A stretch of 59,443 nt of DNA from Acidiferrobacterales bacterium (GCA_035300145.1 DATGVQ010000242.1:1-59443), one strand, 5' to 3'; positions 9,148-19,898 are shown, numbered from the stretch's first letter. Notes: generated by a model not told the origin, from the letters alone. Program-made: numbers and translations.

Positions 9148-10149
9148 TCACTGTTTTTCAATCTTGGCCGCCGCGATGATATTTCCCCATTTTGCAATTT
9201 CGCTGGCGAGAAGCTCGTCCAGTTCTTCCGGCGTGCCGCCGTGGACGTTCATGCCCAGTTCCTGGAAGCGTTTTCGAATGTCGGGCTGGGCGAGCGCGGT
9301 GTTGATTTCCTTGTTCAGCCGCTCGATGATCGCGCGCGGCGTCTTTGTCGGGACCGCGATCGCGTTCCACGCCGTCACCTGGTAAGTCGGGAAGCCACTT
9401 TCCCGTACGGTCGGCACGCTGGGGATGCCCGGAAAGCGGCGATCGGCGCTCACCGCCAGCGCCTTCAGGTCGCCGCTTTTGATGAACGGCATTACCGGCG
9501 CGATGACCTCGAAGGCGGCCTGGATGTCGTTGCTCTTGATCGCCATGATCAGGGCGGGCGTAGTCTTGAAGGGAATGATAGGCACATTCAGTCCCGTCAC
9601 GCCCTTGAAATACTCCGCGGCGAGATGCTGCGTGCTGCCGATGTTGATCGAGCCGATGTTGAATTTGTCGGGGTTCGCCTTGGCAGTCGAGATCAGGTCC
9701 TTGACGTCGTTGAGCGGCGAGTCCTTGTTGGTGAACACCACGATATCGAAAGATCCCATCCGCGAAACCGACGCAAAATCGCGAATGATGTCGAAGGGGA
9801 GCGACTTGAACAGCGAAACGCTGATGGCATTGCCGCTATTCATATGAAGCAGCGTATAGCCATCCGGCTCGGCTTTTGCCACCGTTTCGGCGGCGATGAT
9901 CCCGCCCGCGCTCGGGCGATTCTCGATGATCACCTGTTGCCCCATCGACGCGGACAGCTTCTGCGCCATCAGGCGCGCGGTGAGGTCGGCGACGCCGCCC
10001 GGCGCATAGCCGACGATCAACCGGATCGGCCGCTCCGGATACTTGCCTTGCGCCCAGCCGGACTGCGGCGCGAGGCACCATACCAGAATCGCCGCGAGGG
10101 CCCGGATGGCGAGCACCGCTCTGGATGTGCGCAAACAAAGCAGCCGCAT
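9148..10149 (-). CDS. Bug/TctC tripartite tricarboxylate transporter substrate-binding protein
   Basis: YPERPIRLIVGYAPGGVAD, ENRPSAGG, PDGYTL, and P-x-VPT-x-x-E-x-G motifs. Confidence 0.92.
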   Translation of the reverse strand: MRLLCLRTSRAVLAIRALAAILVWCLAPQSGWAQGKYPERPIRLIVGYAPGGVADLTARLMAQKLSASMGQQVIIENRPSAGGIIAAETVAKAEPDGYTLLHMNSGNAISVSLFKSLPFDIIRDFASVSRMGSFDIVVFTNKDSPLNDVKDLISTAKANPDKFNIGSINIGSTQHLAAEYFKGVTGLNVPIIPFKTTPALIMAIKSNDIQAAFEVIAPVMPFIKSGDLKALAVSADRRFPGIPSVPTVRESGFPTYQVTAWNAIAVPTKTPRAIIERLNKEINTALAQPDIRKRFQELGMNVHGGTPEELDELLASEIAKWGNIIAAAKIEKQ

Positions 10150-10580
10150 GGTCTCCTCCTTCTGGTTCGGCTTCGCTAGGTGTTTTCTCGAATCATTCTA
10201 CAGACCGTGTTTTCCCGCGGCAACCAATGTGTGAGTCCACCCCTTTGGCACTTAGGTTGGTATTGAGCCGGTATTGTAGAGGAGAACGCTGGGCCAGGTT
10301 GTAGTGCCGCCGATCCCGGTTGAACCAAAGGAGCCACGGCAAGCCCCATCCGACTGTGGACATTGGTCAGGGTGAGGCCTTAAGGCCATGCTTTTCCCGT
10401 AACAGGGAGGATTTTAAGGCGGTGTCAGGCTTTGTCGTTTGGCATTCCGCATCGTAAAGGATACCCGCCAATGCGGTAGAACCCCCGGATCCAGTATCCG
10501 ATGTGCTGTCGTTGCATGACACTCGTTCGCGAAAAGAGCGCCAAAGGTTTCTGAACTTATGCACCCAACACGCGCCGGTC

Positions 10581-12392
10581 TCATGTCATGCGATCCGGAC
10601 CCGGCGCGCCGGCCGCGGCGAGCGCTAAGACTTGCCGGATTTTAACACCGGTGATGTTACTCTTGCCCTCGTGCTCGACAATGCTTTGCTTAATAAAGCC
10701 CGCATTGATCAGGTAATGTAAGATTTGATCCGCCGCCTGTTCCGCGGAAATATCGGATGTATCGATCACCATTTCCGGACGAGCGGGGATTTCATACGGA
10801 GAGTCTATACCGGTGAACTCTTTAATCAGGCCGGCGCGCGCCTTCGCGTATAGTCCTTTGTGATCGCGTGTCTCGCATACTTGCAGGGAGGTCGCGACAT
10901 AAACCTCAATAAATCCACCGCAAGCCTCGATCATCGCCCTGACTTCAGCGCGCGTCTGCGCATAAGGCGCGATAGGCGCACAAATCGCGGCACCGTGATT
11001 TTTAGTGATCAGGCTTGCGACGTAGCCGATGCGCTGCACGTTAATGTCCCGGTGTTCGCGCGAAAATCCCAATTCAGCGGATAAACGCTTTCTTACTAGA
11101 TCACCATCGAGCAGCGTTACCTGCCGATTGCTGCATTCCAGCAGTTTGGCCTGCAATATATTGGCTATCGTGGATTTCCCGGCGCCCGACAAGCCGGTGA
11201 AAAACACGGTAAAGCCTTGTCGTGCCCGATTTGGGATAGACTTGCGCAATTCGGCAATGACTGACGGATAAGAAAACCATTCTGCAAATTCACGCTCTCT
11301 CTGACGATCTGCATCTGCTTTTAACGGTGAACCGCCGTTCGTTATAAAAAGCTCCACGCGGTCTTCTTCCGGCACGAGATCGCGGAACGGTATTAATTTA
11401 ATCCCGATCTCATCGGCATGCTGTGCCAATAAACCTTGCGCGCTATACCGGCCATAAAGCGGTGCGCCATTAGCTTGATCGCCCTGTCCGGCGTAATCAT
11501 GCTCGACGATAAAATGAGAACTGCCGTAATTTTTATTAATGATCGCGTGCCACAGCGCCTCACGCGGGCCACATAGGCGGCGCGCTAACTGTATCAAATT
11601 AAGCTGCGCCGTCTGTGGTTCATAATGCGCAAGAATAGCCTGGTAACTGCGGATGCGAGAAAAATAATTCGTATCCATCGCCTCAGCACCAGCCACTGCA
11701 TTAATCAGAAGCCCGGCTTGGTTCGCCGCGGCGGCACGCCGGGTGAACTCCACATGCGCTCGGTGCATTAATTTAGTAGTCTGAAAACCAACGATGCGCG
11801 TAAAATTCCGGACGGACAGTGAGGCGCGCACTGCCGCTGGTGTGCGACGAAGCGCGACAAAATCATAATGTGTCGGCAGCTGTATCGCTTCGATTTTCCC
11901 GGCGATATAAATACCGCGCATATTATTAAAAAGATAACGCACCTCTGGATGAGTTTCGCTGGTGGTGCCGAATATCTTGTCAGCTTCCAGCGCTTTGTCC
12001 GGCTTCCACAATTGCGTCAACGCGAGAGCGGCGATCATGGTTCCCTCTAAATCGCGCAATGCAATCCGCTCGCCCGCCTGCCAATGCTCGGCAATTGTTT
12101 CGGATACTTCCAGGGTAATGGGGATGGGCCAAAGAATACCATTGGCCAAACGCATAGTGGAACATACGCTTTCATAATCAGCTTTGTCCATAAATCCACA
12201 AAGCGGTGAAAACGCTCCTGTAATTAATAACTCAAGATCGCCTAATTGGCGCGAGGTGAGATCAATAGAAGGAAAAGTATGCGAGGCTTTTTTAAGCGCG
12301 GCCGCACGCGCGGGACTGGCCAAAAGATCAACCAGTTGCCCTCCATAAGGCGCAGCGATCATTAATCGTCGCGGAGAACCCATCGCTTGCAT
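10581..12392 (-). CDS. cysC: ATP-sulfurylase-like domain fused to adenylyl-sulfate (APS) kinase
   Basis: N-terminal Sat fold (GAFSPL, WPIPITL, GPREALWHA); C-terminal APS kinase with TGLSGAGKST, LDGD, KGLYAKAR, FTGIDSPYE. Confidence 0.9.
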   Translation of the reverse strand: MQAMGSPRRLMIAAPYGGQLVDLLASPARAAALKKASHTFPSIDLTSRQLGDLELLITGAFSPLCGFMDKADYESVCSTMRLANGILWPIPITLEVSETIAEHWQAGERIALRDLEGTMIAALALTQLWKPDKALEADKIFGTTSETHPEVRYLFNNMRGIYIAGKIEAIQLPTHYDFVALRRTPAAVRASLSVRNFTRIVGFQTTKLMHRAHVEFTRRAAAANQAGLLINAVAGAEAMDTNYFSRIRSYQAILAHYEPQTAQLNLIQLARRLCGPREALWHAIINKNYGSSHFIVEHDYAGQGDQANGAPLYGRYSAQGLLAQHADEIGIKLIPFRDLVPEEDRVELFITNGGSPLKADADRQREREFAEWFSYPSVIAELRKSIPNRARQGFTVFFTGLSGAGKSTIANILQAKLLECSNRQVTLLDGDLVRKRLSAELGFSREHRDINVQRIGYVASLITKNHGAAICAPIAPYAQTRAEVRAMIEACGGFIEVYVATSLQVCETRDHKGLYAKARAGLIKEFTGIDSPYEIPARPEMVIDTSDISAEQAADQILHYLINAGFIKQSIVEHEGKSNITGVKIRQVLALAAAGAPGPDRMT

Positions 12393-12609
12393 GACGACCC
12401 TCGGTTACGCTCGCATCATTATTATGTTGAAACCTTAGATCAAGCCTCGGGCTAATCCAATAACATTAATCGCAATCCCGGATGAGCGGTAGAACCCCGG
12501 GGATTAAAGGACTTTAATTCAATGCTTCCTAAACTTGTCTACATCATTGTACAAGGGTAATCTCACCACTCATTCACTTAAAAACCAGGTCTTTGTCTTT
12601 AAGGATTAT

Positions 12610-14286
12610 ATGTCCGGTCAATTTATCTACACCATGCATCGGGTCGGCAAGGTGGTGCCGCCGAAACGCGAGATTCTTAAAAACATTTCATTGTCTTTCT
12701 TCCCCGGCGCCAAAATCGGCGTTATAGGACTAAACGGATCGGGCAAATCCACGCTGCTGCGCATCATGGCCGGCATCGACCAGGACCACGACGGCGACGC
12801 GCGGCCGGCGCCCAACATCAAAACCGGTTATCTGTCGCAAGAACCGCAGCTCGATGCAAGCAAAGATGTGCGCGGCAACGTCGAAGAAGCGGTCGCGGCA
12901 ACAAAAGCCTTATTGGACAAATTTAATGAAATCAGCATGAAGTTCGCCGAGCCGCTAAGCGACGCGGAAATGAATGCGCTGTTGGAAACGCAAGCCAAGC
13001 TGCAAGAGCAAATTGACGCGGCGGGCGCCTGGGAACTGGAGAGAAAACTGGAAATCGCCGCCGATGCGCTGCGCTTACCGCCGTGGGAAGCGGAGGTCAC
13101 CAAACTTTCCGGCGGCGAGCGGCGGCGGGTGGCGTTGTGCAAGCTGCTACTATCGCAACCGGATATGCTGCTGCTGGACGAACCTACCAACCATTTAGAC
13201 GCCGAATCCGTCGCCTGGCTCGAACGTTATCTGCACGATTATCCCGGCACCGTTGTGGCGGTCACGCATGACCGTTATTTCCTGGACAATGCCGCCGGCT
13301 GGATCTTAGAGCTGGATCGGGGACAAGGCATTCCCTGGCAAGGCAATTATTCCTCCTGGCTGGAGCAAAAAGAAAAACGCCTGGCGATTGAGGAGAAACA
13401 AGAAGATGCGCGCCACCGCGCCATGAAAGAAGAACTCGAATGGGTGCGGACCGCGCCTAAAGGACGCCATGCCAAAAGCAAGGCGCGCCTCGCGGCCTAC
13501 GAAGAGCTGGCGTCGCAGGAAAGGCAGAAACGCAATGAGACCAAAGAGCTGTTCATCCCCGCCGGCCCGCGCCTCGGTGATTTAGTGGTAGAGGCGGTCG
13601 ATCTTAAGAAAAGTTTTGGCGACCGCGTGTTGATCGATAACCTAAGCTTCAACTTGCCGCGCGGCGGCATCGTCGGCGTCATCGGCCCGAATGGCGCGGG
13701 AAAAACCACTTTGTTCCGGATGATTACCGGGCAGGAAAAACCCGATGCGGGAACGCTGCGCATCGGCGAAACCGTGCAGCTTGCCTATGTCGATCAAAGC
13801 CGCGATAGTCTGGACGGCAACAAAACCGTGTGGCAGGAAATCTCCGACGGCAACGACAATGTTATACTCGGCAAATTAGAGGTGCCATCCCGCGCTTATG
13901 TCGGCCGATTCAATTTTAAGGGCGCCGATCAACAAAAATTCGTTAAAGACTTATCCGGCGGTGAGCGTAACCGGGTGCATCTGGCGAAGTTACTAAAGAG
14001 TGGCGGCAACCTGCTGTTATTGGACGAACCTACCAACGACTTGGATGTCGACACGCTGCGCGCGCTGGAAGAGGCGTTATTGGACTTTGCCGGTTGTGTA
14101 GTGGTAATTTCCCACGACCGTTGGTTCCTGGATCGCATCGCTACCTATATCTTGGCGTTTGAAGGCGATAGCCGGGTAGTTTGGTTCGAGGGGAATTATG
14201 CCGATTATGAGGCGGATAAACACCGCCGGCTTGGCACAGATGCGGAACAGCCGCACCGCATCAAGTATAAAAAGTTAATTCATTAA
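12610..14286 (+). CDS. ettA: Energy-dependent translational throttle ABC-F protein
   Basis: Two ABC domains; [31 protein letters not shown]; C-terminal PHRIKYKKL. Confidence 0.96.
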   Translation: MSGQFIYTMHRVGKVVPPKREILKNISLSFFPGAKIGVIGLNGSGKSTLLRIMAGIDQDHDGDARPAPNIKTGYLSQEPQLDASKDVRGNVEEAVAATKALLDKFNEISMKFAEPLSDAEMNALLETQAKLQEQIDAAGAWELERKLEIAADALRLPPWEAEVTKLSGGERRRVALCKLLLSQPDMLLLDEPTNHLDAESVAWLERYLHDYPGTVVAVTHDRYFLDNAAGWILELDRGQGIPWQGNYSSWLEQKEKRLAIEEKQEDARHRAMKEELEWVRTAPKGRHAKSKARLAAYEELASQERQKRNETKELFIPAGPRLGDLVVEAVDLKKSFGDRVLIDNLSFNLPRGGIVGVIGPNGAGKTTLFRMITGQEKPDAGTLRIGETVQLAYVDQSRDSLDGNKTVWQEISDGNDNVILGKLEVPSRAYVGRFNFKGADQQKFVKDLSGGERNRVHLAKLLKSGGNLLLLDEPTNDLDVDTLRALEEALLDFAGCVVVISHDRWFLDRIATYILAFEGDSRVVWFEGNYADYEADKHRRLGTDAEQPHRIKYKKLIH

Positions 14287-14401
14287 TTAACGCTTTCCTC
14301 TATACTTGGGGGATTGATTTCTGCTAGATTAACCAGGCTCTACACCGGGAATAGCTTTGTCCCATGCAGTTATTTCCTTAACAATAGCCAAGGAGAAAAA
14401 T

Positions 14402-14650
14402 ATGAAGATCCGCAACTTAGTAGTGGCTGCCGGATTAGCGTTAGCAAGCAGTGTTGCTTTTGCTATGCATTGTCCGGTCGATATGAAAAAAATCGACGCG
14501 GCGCTGGCCGCCAAACCCAACCTGAGCGCCCAACAGATGGCCGAGGTTAAGAAACTGCGCGCTGACGGCGAGGTTTTGCACAAAGCCGGAAAACATCAAG
14601 AATCCATTGATACTCTCGGAAAGGCGATGAAGATACTCAATATTCAGTAA
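14402..14650 (+). CDS. Small secreted helical hypothetical protein
   Basis: AGGAG RBS; signal peptide ending AFA; mature MHCPVDMKKIDAAL...LHKAGKH; followed by a terminator. Confidence 0.8.
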   Translation: MKIRNLVVAAGLALASSVAFAMHCPVDMKKIDAALAAKPNLSAQQMAEVKKLRADGEVLHKAGKHQESIDTLGKAMKILNIQ

Positions 14651-14690
14651 CGGCAGTAGCGTTTCAAATAAAAATATTTTATAATCAATT

Positions 14691-14732
14691 AAGTCCCTTA
14701 GGCGGCGCACCGCCGCCAAGGGACTTTTTATT
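14691..14732 (+). terminator. Intrinsic terminator
   Basis: AAGTCCCTT-AGGCGGCG-cac-CGCCGCC-AAGGGACTT followed by T-tract. Confidence 0.8.
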
Positions 14733-14951
14733 CGGTTTACGAAGCCGTACGCCGGTATCGACGCGGTACAGACAGCAATATATGTCGCCGCTTCGCTTAA
14801 GCAACGGCTGAAGGACGGGATAACCGGTAAAATCCAGCTAGTGTAGCCATGAAAATCTGATTCATTGGCAAATCGCCGACTCCCAGCGGATTAAATAGGC
14901 ACTTCGTCGGCGGCATTTCACCCTCACCCGTTTTCCAGATAAACTTCTTTT

Positions 14952-16775
14952 ATGCGTATTACTCATACCGGCAAGCCGCCGGCGAAGATCAACACCCGGC
15001 AGACCCTCTACAACCTGTTGCCTTATTTATTGGAATTCCGCGGGCGTGTAGCCTTGGCGCTGACATTATTATTAATGGCCAAGCTCGCCAATGTCAGCGT
15101 GCCGCTGGTTCTGAAACATCTTGTCGACAGTTTAAATCGACCGGCCGCTCTGCTGAGCCTGCCGATCTTCTTATTGCTGAGTTACGGCGCGCTGCGCCTT
15201 GCAAGCTCGCTGTTTTCCGAATTACGCGATGCGGTGTTTGCCAAAGTCACACAACGCGCCATTCGCCGCGTGGCATTAAGTGTATTCCGGCACTTGCATG
15301 CCCTATCGCTGCGCTTCCACTTGGAGCGCCAAACCGGCGGCATGTCGCGCGATATCGAACGCGGCACGCGCGGCATCAGTTTTTTATTGAATTTCACTCT
15401 ATTCAATATCCTGCCAACCCTGGTCGAAATCGGACTGGTAGCGGCAATCCTGTTGACACAATATGATGTTTGGTTTGCGATTATTACCTTCATCACCTTA
15501 ATTGCCTATACTGTATTTACCCTGATCGTCACTGAATGGCGCATGATCTTCCGCCGCACCATGAATGACATGGATTCCAAGGCCAACACCAAGGCGATCG
15601 ACAGCCTGCTCAACTATGAAACCGTGAAATATTTCGGCAACGAAAAGTATGAAGCCCGCCGTTATGATGAAAATTTGCAAACCTGGGAACAGGCGGCGGT
15701 GCGCAATCAAACATCGCTGTCGCTATTAAATGCCGGCCAAGGCGGCATTATCGCCGTCGGCGTAACCGCCCTGATGACGCTGGCCGCCTATAAGGTGGTG
15801 GCGGGCGCCATGACCATTGGCGACTTGGTGCTGGTCAACGCGTTCCTGATACAACTGTACATGCCGCTGCAATTCTTAGGCTTTGTTTATCGCGAGATTA
15901 GGCATTCACTTGCCGACATGGAAAAGATGTTTAGCTTGCTGGACCAAGATGCAGAAATTACAGACGGGCCGGATGCGCGCCCCTTGCTGGTGGGCACCGG
16001 CGGTGTACGTTTCGATCGCGTCGATTTCAGCTACGAGCCGAACCGGCAAATCTTGTTTGACGTAAGTTTTGATATTCCGCCGGGGCGCAAGATGGCGGTG
16101 GTCGGAGCAAGCGGCGCGGGTAAATCGACTTTATCCCGGCTGCTGTTCCGCTTCTACGAGGTCAGCGCCGGCCGCATTTTGATCAACGGCCAGGATATCC
16201 GCGACGTCACCCAGGAAAGCCTGCGCGCCGCAATCGGCATTGTGCCGCAAGACACCGTATTATTTAACGACACGTTATACTACAACATCGCTTACGGCCG
16301 GGCCGACGCCAGCCATGATGAGGTCATCCAAGCCGCTGTTCATGCCCACATCCACCATTTCATCGAATCGCTGCCCTTGGGTTACGACAGCTTGGTCGGT
16401 GAACGCGGGCTAAAGCTCTCGGGTGGCGAAAAACAGCGGGTTGCCATTGCCCGCACCATTCTTAAGAATCCGCGCATTCTCATCTTCGATGAAGCAACTT
16501 CCGCCCTGGATTCGCAATCGGAACAAGCGATCCAAGCCGCGCTGCGCGAAATTGCCGCCGACCGCACCACTCTGGTGATTGCGCATCGTCTCTCCACGAT
16601 CACTGACGCCGATCAAATCCTGGTAATGAAGCAGGGACGCATCGTCGAGCGCGGCACCCACCGGGAATTACTGAACAAAAAGGGCATTTATGCCGAAATG
16701 TGGGCACTGCAACTTCGAGAAGAACAAGAACGTCCGCGCAAAGCGGTTGCTGGCGGGTTATCAACCGCTTCTTAA
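14952..16775 (+). CDS. ATM1/ABCB7-type ABC exporter (fused permease/ATPase)
   Basis: LRFHLERQTGG, DSLLNYETVKYF, GASGAGKST, LSGGEKQR, DEATSALD. Confidence 0.92.
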   Translation: MRITHTGKPPAKINTRQTLYNLLPYLLEFRGRVALALTLLLMAKLANVSVPLVLKHLVDSLNRPAALLSLPIFLLLSYGALRLASSLFSELRDAVFAKVTQRAIRRVALSVFRHLHALSLRFHLERQTGGMSRDIERGTRGISFLLNFTLFNILPTLVEIGLVAAILLTQYDVWFAIITFITLIAYTVFTLIVTEWRMIFRRTMNDMDSKANTKAIDSLLNYETVKYFGNEKYEARRYDENLQTWEQAAVRNQTSLSLLNAGQGGIIAVGVTALMTLAAYKVVAGAMTIGDLVLVNAFLIQLYMPLQFLGFVYREIRHSLADMEKMFSLLDQDAEITDGPDARPLLVGTGGVRFDRVDFSYEPNRQILFDVSFDIPPGRKMAVVGASGAGKSTLSRLLFRFYEVSAGRILINGQDIRDVTQESLRAAIGIVPQDTVLFNDTLYYNIAYGRADASHDEVIQAAVHAHIHHFIESLPLGYDSLVGERGLKLSGGEKQRVAIARTILKNPRILIFDEATSALDSQSEQAIQAALREIAADRTTLVIAHRLSTITDADQILVMKQGRIVERGTHRELLNKKGIYAEMWALQLREEQERPRKAVAGGLSTAS

Positions 16776-17056
16776 GGAACCTCTGATTAAGTCACAGGTT
16801 CCTGCGGCATAAGGGCGAGGCGGTATGATGGGGAAGGTCCGGTGGACCTTCCTCCCGCCGAGCGCGCCGGCCACGGAAGACCGGCCCCGGCTTTCAAGCG
16901 CAGCAGGAAAGCGCAGAAAGTGTCGCCGTTTTTGCTCGGCGCCTCCCTGCGCCTCACCCCTGCGGGGCTAACGCGAAAATTCGCTCCTGGCGGATTTTTG
17001 CTTGACGCAGGGAGGCGCCGCACAAAAATGTCAGGGAGGACTTTTTCAGAGTTTCC
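16776..17056. mobile_element. 281-bp MITE with TTAA target-site duplication
   Basis: TIRs GGAACCTCTGATTAAGTC and reverse complement GGAAACTCTGAAAAAGTC (15/18 match); TTAA at 16772-16775 and 17057-17060; no transposase. Confidence 0.8.
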
Positions 17057-17240
17057 TTAAGTACCACCGCCGATGTCTTCTAACTTCCCCGCGATTTTAA
17101 GGGCCGCCGACTTTTTGCAATAGGTTTAAGTGCTGAAATTTTGCCTCGTTAGCCATTAAGCGTCACTTAAACTGGTCCCGCACGACCCTATTTAAAGAAC
17201 AAAAACAAATACATACCGCTTGATTTCCCAAACCGCAAGT

Positions 17241-17256
17241 TGGCACACAAACTGCT
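17241..17256 (+). promoter_or_regulatory. Putative sigma-54 promoter
   Basis: TGGCACACAAACTGCT fits GG-N10-GC, about 55 nt upstream of the TctC-like ORF. Confidence 0.6.
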
Positions 17257-17308
17257 TATGGAGTTCAGTCCAAGCTAATTAACTAATTTTGGCCCGGGAT
17301 GGGAACCA

Positions 17309-18259
17309 ATGAAACTAAATATGAAAACTCTTGAGCGGAATTTAACACAGTGGCTGGCGGCGGTGATATTCGCGTTCGGCCTGCAGATTCTTGCGCGTCT
17401 AATACAATGGTCGCTGGTAGCGGTATTCCTCTTCAGCATTGCGCCCGCTACTGGCACAGCCGCTTGGCAGCCGACACAACCAGTTGAAATCATTGTACCT
17501 GAGGCCCCCGGCAGCAGCGCCGACCACACCGCTCGCCTCATTCAGAAAATTGTCGCGGAAAATAAATTGATGCCTCAGCCGCTCGTAGTAACCAACAAGC
17601 CGGTAAATTTCGCTACCGAAGGTTTAAAAAGCAATATGCATCAACTTGTTGTCACATTTAATGTGCCGAATCCGGCAGCAATCGCCGAGGATTTCAACTG
17701 GAAGATTCTTGCCCCTATTCGGACGATAGCCCTTGATGATGAATTTGTGCTCTGGGTGCATACCGACAGCCCCTACCATTCACTGGATGATTACCTGCGC
17801 GCAGCGCGCACGACGCCGAGAAAATTCAAAATCGGCGAAACCGGATCCAAGGCGGAAGTCAAACTTGTGACTAAGGCTCTAGAACAAGCGGCAAAGGTAA
17901 AGTTTGATTATGTCGCCAAAAAGAGCGGCCATGACGCAGCGCACGCCCTGGCTACCAAGCAGGTAGACGCGATCGTAAACAACTCAGCGGAAACTTTTGC
18001 TTTCTGGCGCGCCGGCAAAGTGCGGCCGCTTGCAGTATATAACTATCAGAGAGCGTCATACCGCAAAAATGGCATTCTATCATGGAACGATATCTCGACG
18101 ATTAAAGAACAGGACTATGATGATGTCGAATATCGCGACACTGGTTATCAAATGTTACGCGGCATCTTCGCCGCCCCCGGTATCTCGGAAGAAGCCCGCC
18201 ACTACTATGCTGAAGTAATGAAGAAGGTGACGGAAGCGCCGGAGTGGAAGGAATTTTAA
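17309..18259 (+). pseudogene. Divergent, apparently C-terminally truncated Bug/TctC-family binding protein
   Basis: WQPTQPVEIIVP..PG..AD..AR and YQMLRGIF motifs; stops at PEWKEF without the usual terminal helices, and the GG-x-G loop is eroded. Confidence 0.55.
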
Positions 18260-18418
18260 TAAAAATATCGGCGGAAAACATTGCATTGGGAATTTCTTTA
18301 GTGTTTGCTCGGCCAATTCCGCCGCTGTTTGCACCGGGTCGGTACCATAGCCAACAACCGCGGTCGCAGCAAGACCGTGTGTTTGGCAGAAGCTGACATA
18401 TTTTTGCAATTGGCGCGC
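18258..18418 (-). pseudogene. Fragment resembling the cytoplasmic C-terminal domain of an APC-family permease
   Basis: LQKYVSFCQTHGLAATAVVGYGTDPVQTAAELAEQTLKKFP, frameshifting into NAMFSADIF; no transmembrane part present. Confidence 0.45.
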
Positions 18419-18630
18419 CGTTAAAACCCATGCCCGCATTCCGACCGGCGACGGCGCGCATAACTTCTTGCCCATGGGAGACGGCCGCCATGTGTTGATC
18501 TCGAATCGCAAGGAATTATGGGTGACGTCACGCTAGAGCAAGCGAGTAACGATAATCGATATGGCGAGCAAGAAAGTCCCCCATTCCATCCCCGTCGGAC
18601 ATTCTCCTCACGGCATTTATTTTTTCTCGC

Positions 18631-19074
18631 ATGCGTCACGCATTTAAAAATTTCCTATTCATCGTTCTTACCTACACATCTTGCCTGGCCGTTGTCTGCG
18701 CTGATGAATGTAAAGGCACGGTTTATCTCACTTTCGACACCAGCAATATGGCGCAGGCGGAAGAAATAGCGCGTACCTTAAATACCGAGTGGGTCAAGGC
18801 GACTTTTTTTATCGCGAATGAAAAAACCGTGCGCGGTGACTATGCGCTGGACGCCGGCTGGGCGGACTTCTGGCGTGCACGCGTAGCGGAGGGCCATGCC
18901 TTCGGCATTCACACCTGGGATCACCTCTACCTGCGCCGGGCGGGCGCACCACCCAGCAGACCATACGCTGGGCGGCGGATTGCGGTTACCCGCTACACGT
19001 CGGCTGGAGCAAAACCGGATTTATCGACGATGAACTTCCCAGCGATACTTATCCTAACGCCACACTGCGACTAA
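18631..19074 (+). pseudogene. Truncated polysaccharide deacetylase (CE4)
   Basis: Signal peptide, VYLTFDT, KATFF, GHAFGIHTWDH; similarity is lost after about 18940 and the later R-x-P motif is absent. Confidence 0.7.
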
Positions 19075-19195
19075 CTTCATGGCGCCGACTACGGTAAAGG
19101 GTTTATTCAGCAGCAGATATTAGGCCTAGCCAAGATTGGCGCGCAGCCTAGGCAAAACCTTTGTCGAGTATTTCCCCGGCAGGAATGCGGCTTGA

Positions 19196-19843
19196 TCAAC
19201 TCTGCGGCAAGGCACCGTTTTCGGCTTTGCTAAACGCGGTATATTGAACCTTGAATTGCATCACCTTACGCACGTAGTCCCGCGTCTCGATGTAAGGAGG
19301 AATGCCTTTGTATCTTATCACCGCATTTTCTCCGGCGTTATACGCAGCGGCCGCCAATCGGTGGTTGTGGTTAAATTTCCTTAAAAGATCTTTTAAATAA
19401 AGCACACCGCCTTGGACATTCTGGGTCGGGTCGAAAATGTCTTTGACGCCGTAACGTTTGGCAGTCTCGGGCATTAATTGCATCAAACCGGACGCGCCTT
19501 TTCTCGAAATCGCGTTCGGATTAAACCCGCTTTCCGCGTGCACGACCGCCTTCACCAGGGCCGGATCAACGCGATGAAAAGCGGCGGTCTCACGAATCAA
19601 TTCATCGTAAGCGGCAGGATCTGCCAGAACCGACTGGCTGGCAATAAATTTACCGATGCCTTTAACCGTGGAGTTTTTGCGTATCAATTGATAATGCTGG
19701 TAATTCAAAACATGATCGGTAACGATACGAGTTCCACCGGGCAATTGATAAACATAAATATCGGCATGCGCGCTGCCGCTCAATAACAGCGCCGCTAAGA
19801 TCGCAACCCCGCTGAATTTTTTAGCTAGATAGCCTAATTCCAC
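19196..19843 (-). CDS. Lytic transglycosylase (SLT domain), secreted
   Basis: AESGFNPNAIS, GASGLMQLMP, AAYNAG and ETRDYV motifs. Confidence 0.92.
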   Translation of the reverse strand: MELGYLAKKFSGVAILAALLLSGSAHADIYVYQLPGGTRIVTDHVLNYQHYQLIRKNSTVKGIGKFIASQSVLADPAAYDELIRETAAFHRVDPALVKAVVHAESGFNPNAISRKGASGLMQLMPETAKRYGVKDIFDPTQNVQGGVLYLKDLLRKFNHNHRLAAAAYNAGENAVIRYKGIPPYIETRDYVRKVMQFKVQYTAFSKAENGALPQS

Positions 19844-19882
19844 GTTAATGTCCTCGTTAAATACGTGTACTTAAGCCTTAAC

Positions 19883-19898
19883 TGCATATCCCATGCCA
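19883..19898 (-). promoter_or_regulatory. Putative sigma-54 promoter for the SLT gene
   Basis: Minus strand TGGCATGGGATATGCA fits GG-N10-GC, 40 nt upstream of the start. Confidence 0.55.

Noticed and set aside
8931-9197. N-terminal extension of the monooxygenase given in the ORF track
   Set aside because: It translates the palindromic repeat and overlaps the Bug gene; the Rossmann motif starts just after Met 8930.
10150-10580. Long spacer as a riboswitch or ncRNA (also 33150-33640 and 58970-59240)
   Set aside because: No recognisable family motif or convincing structure by eye; an Rfam/Infernal scan would be needed.
17078-17155. TTCTAAC...GTTAGCC possible attC
   Set aside because: The internal arms are not complementary.
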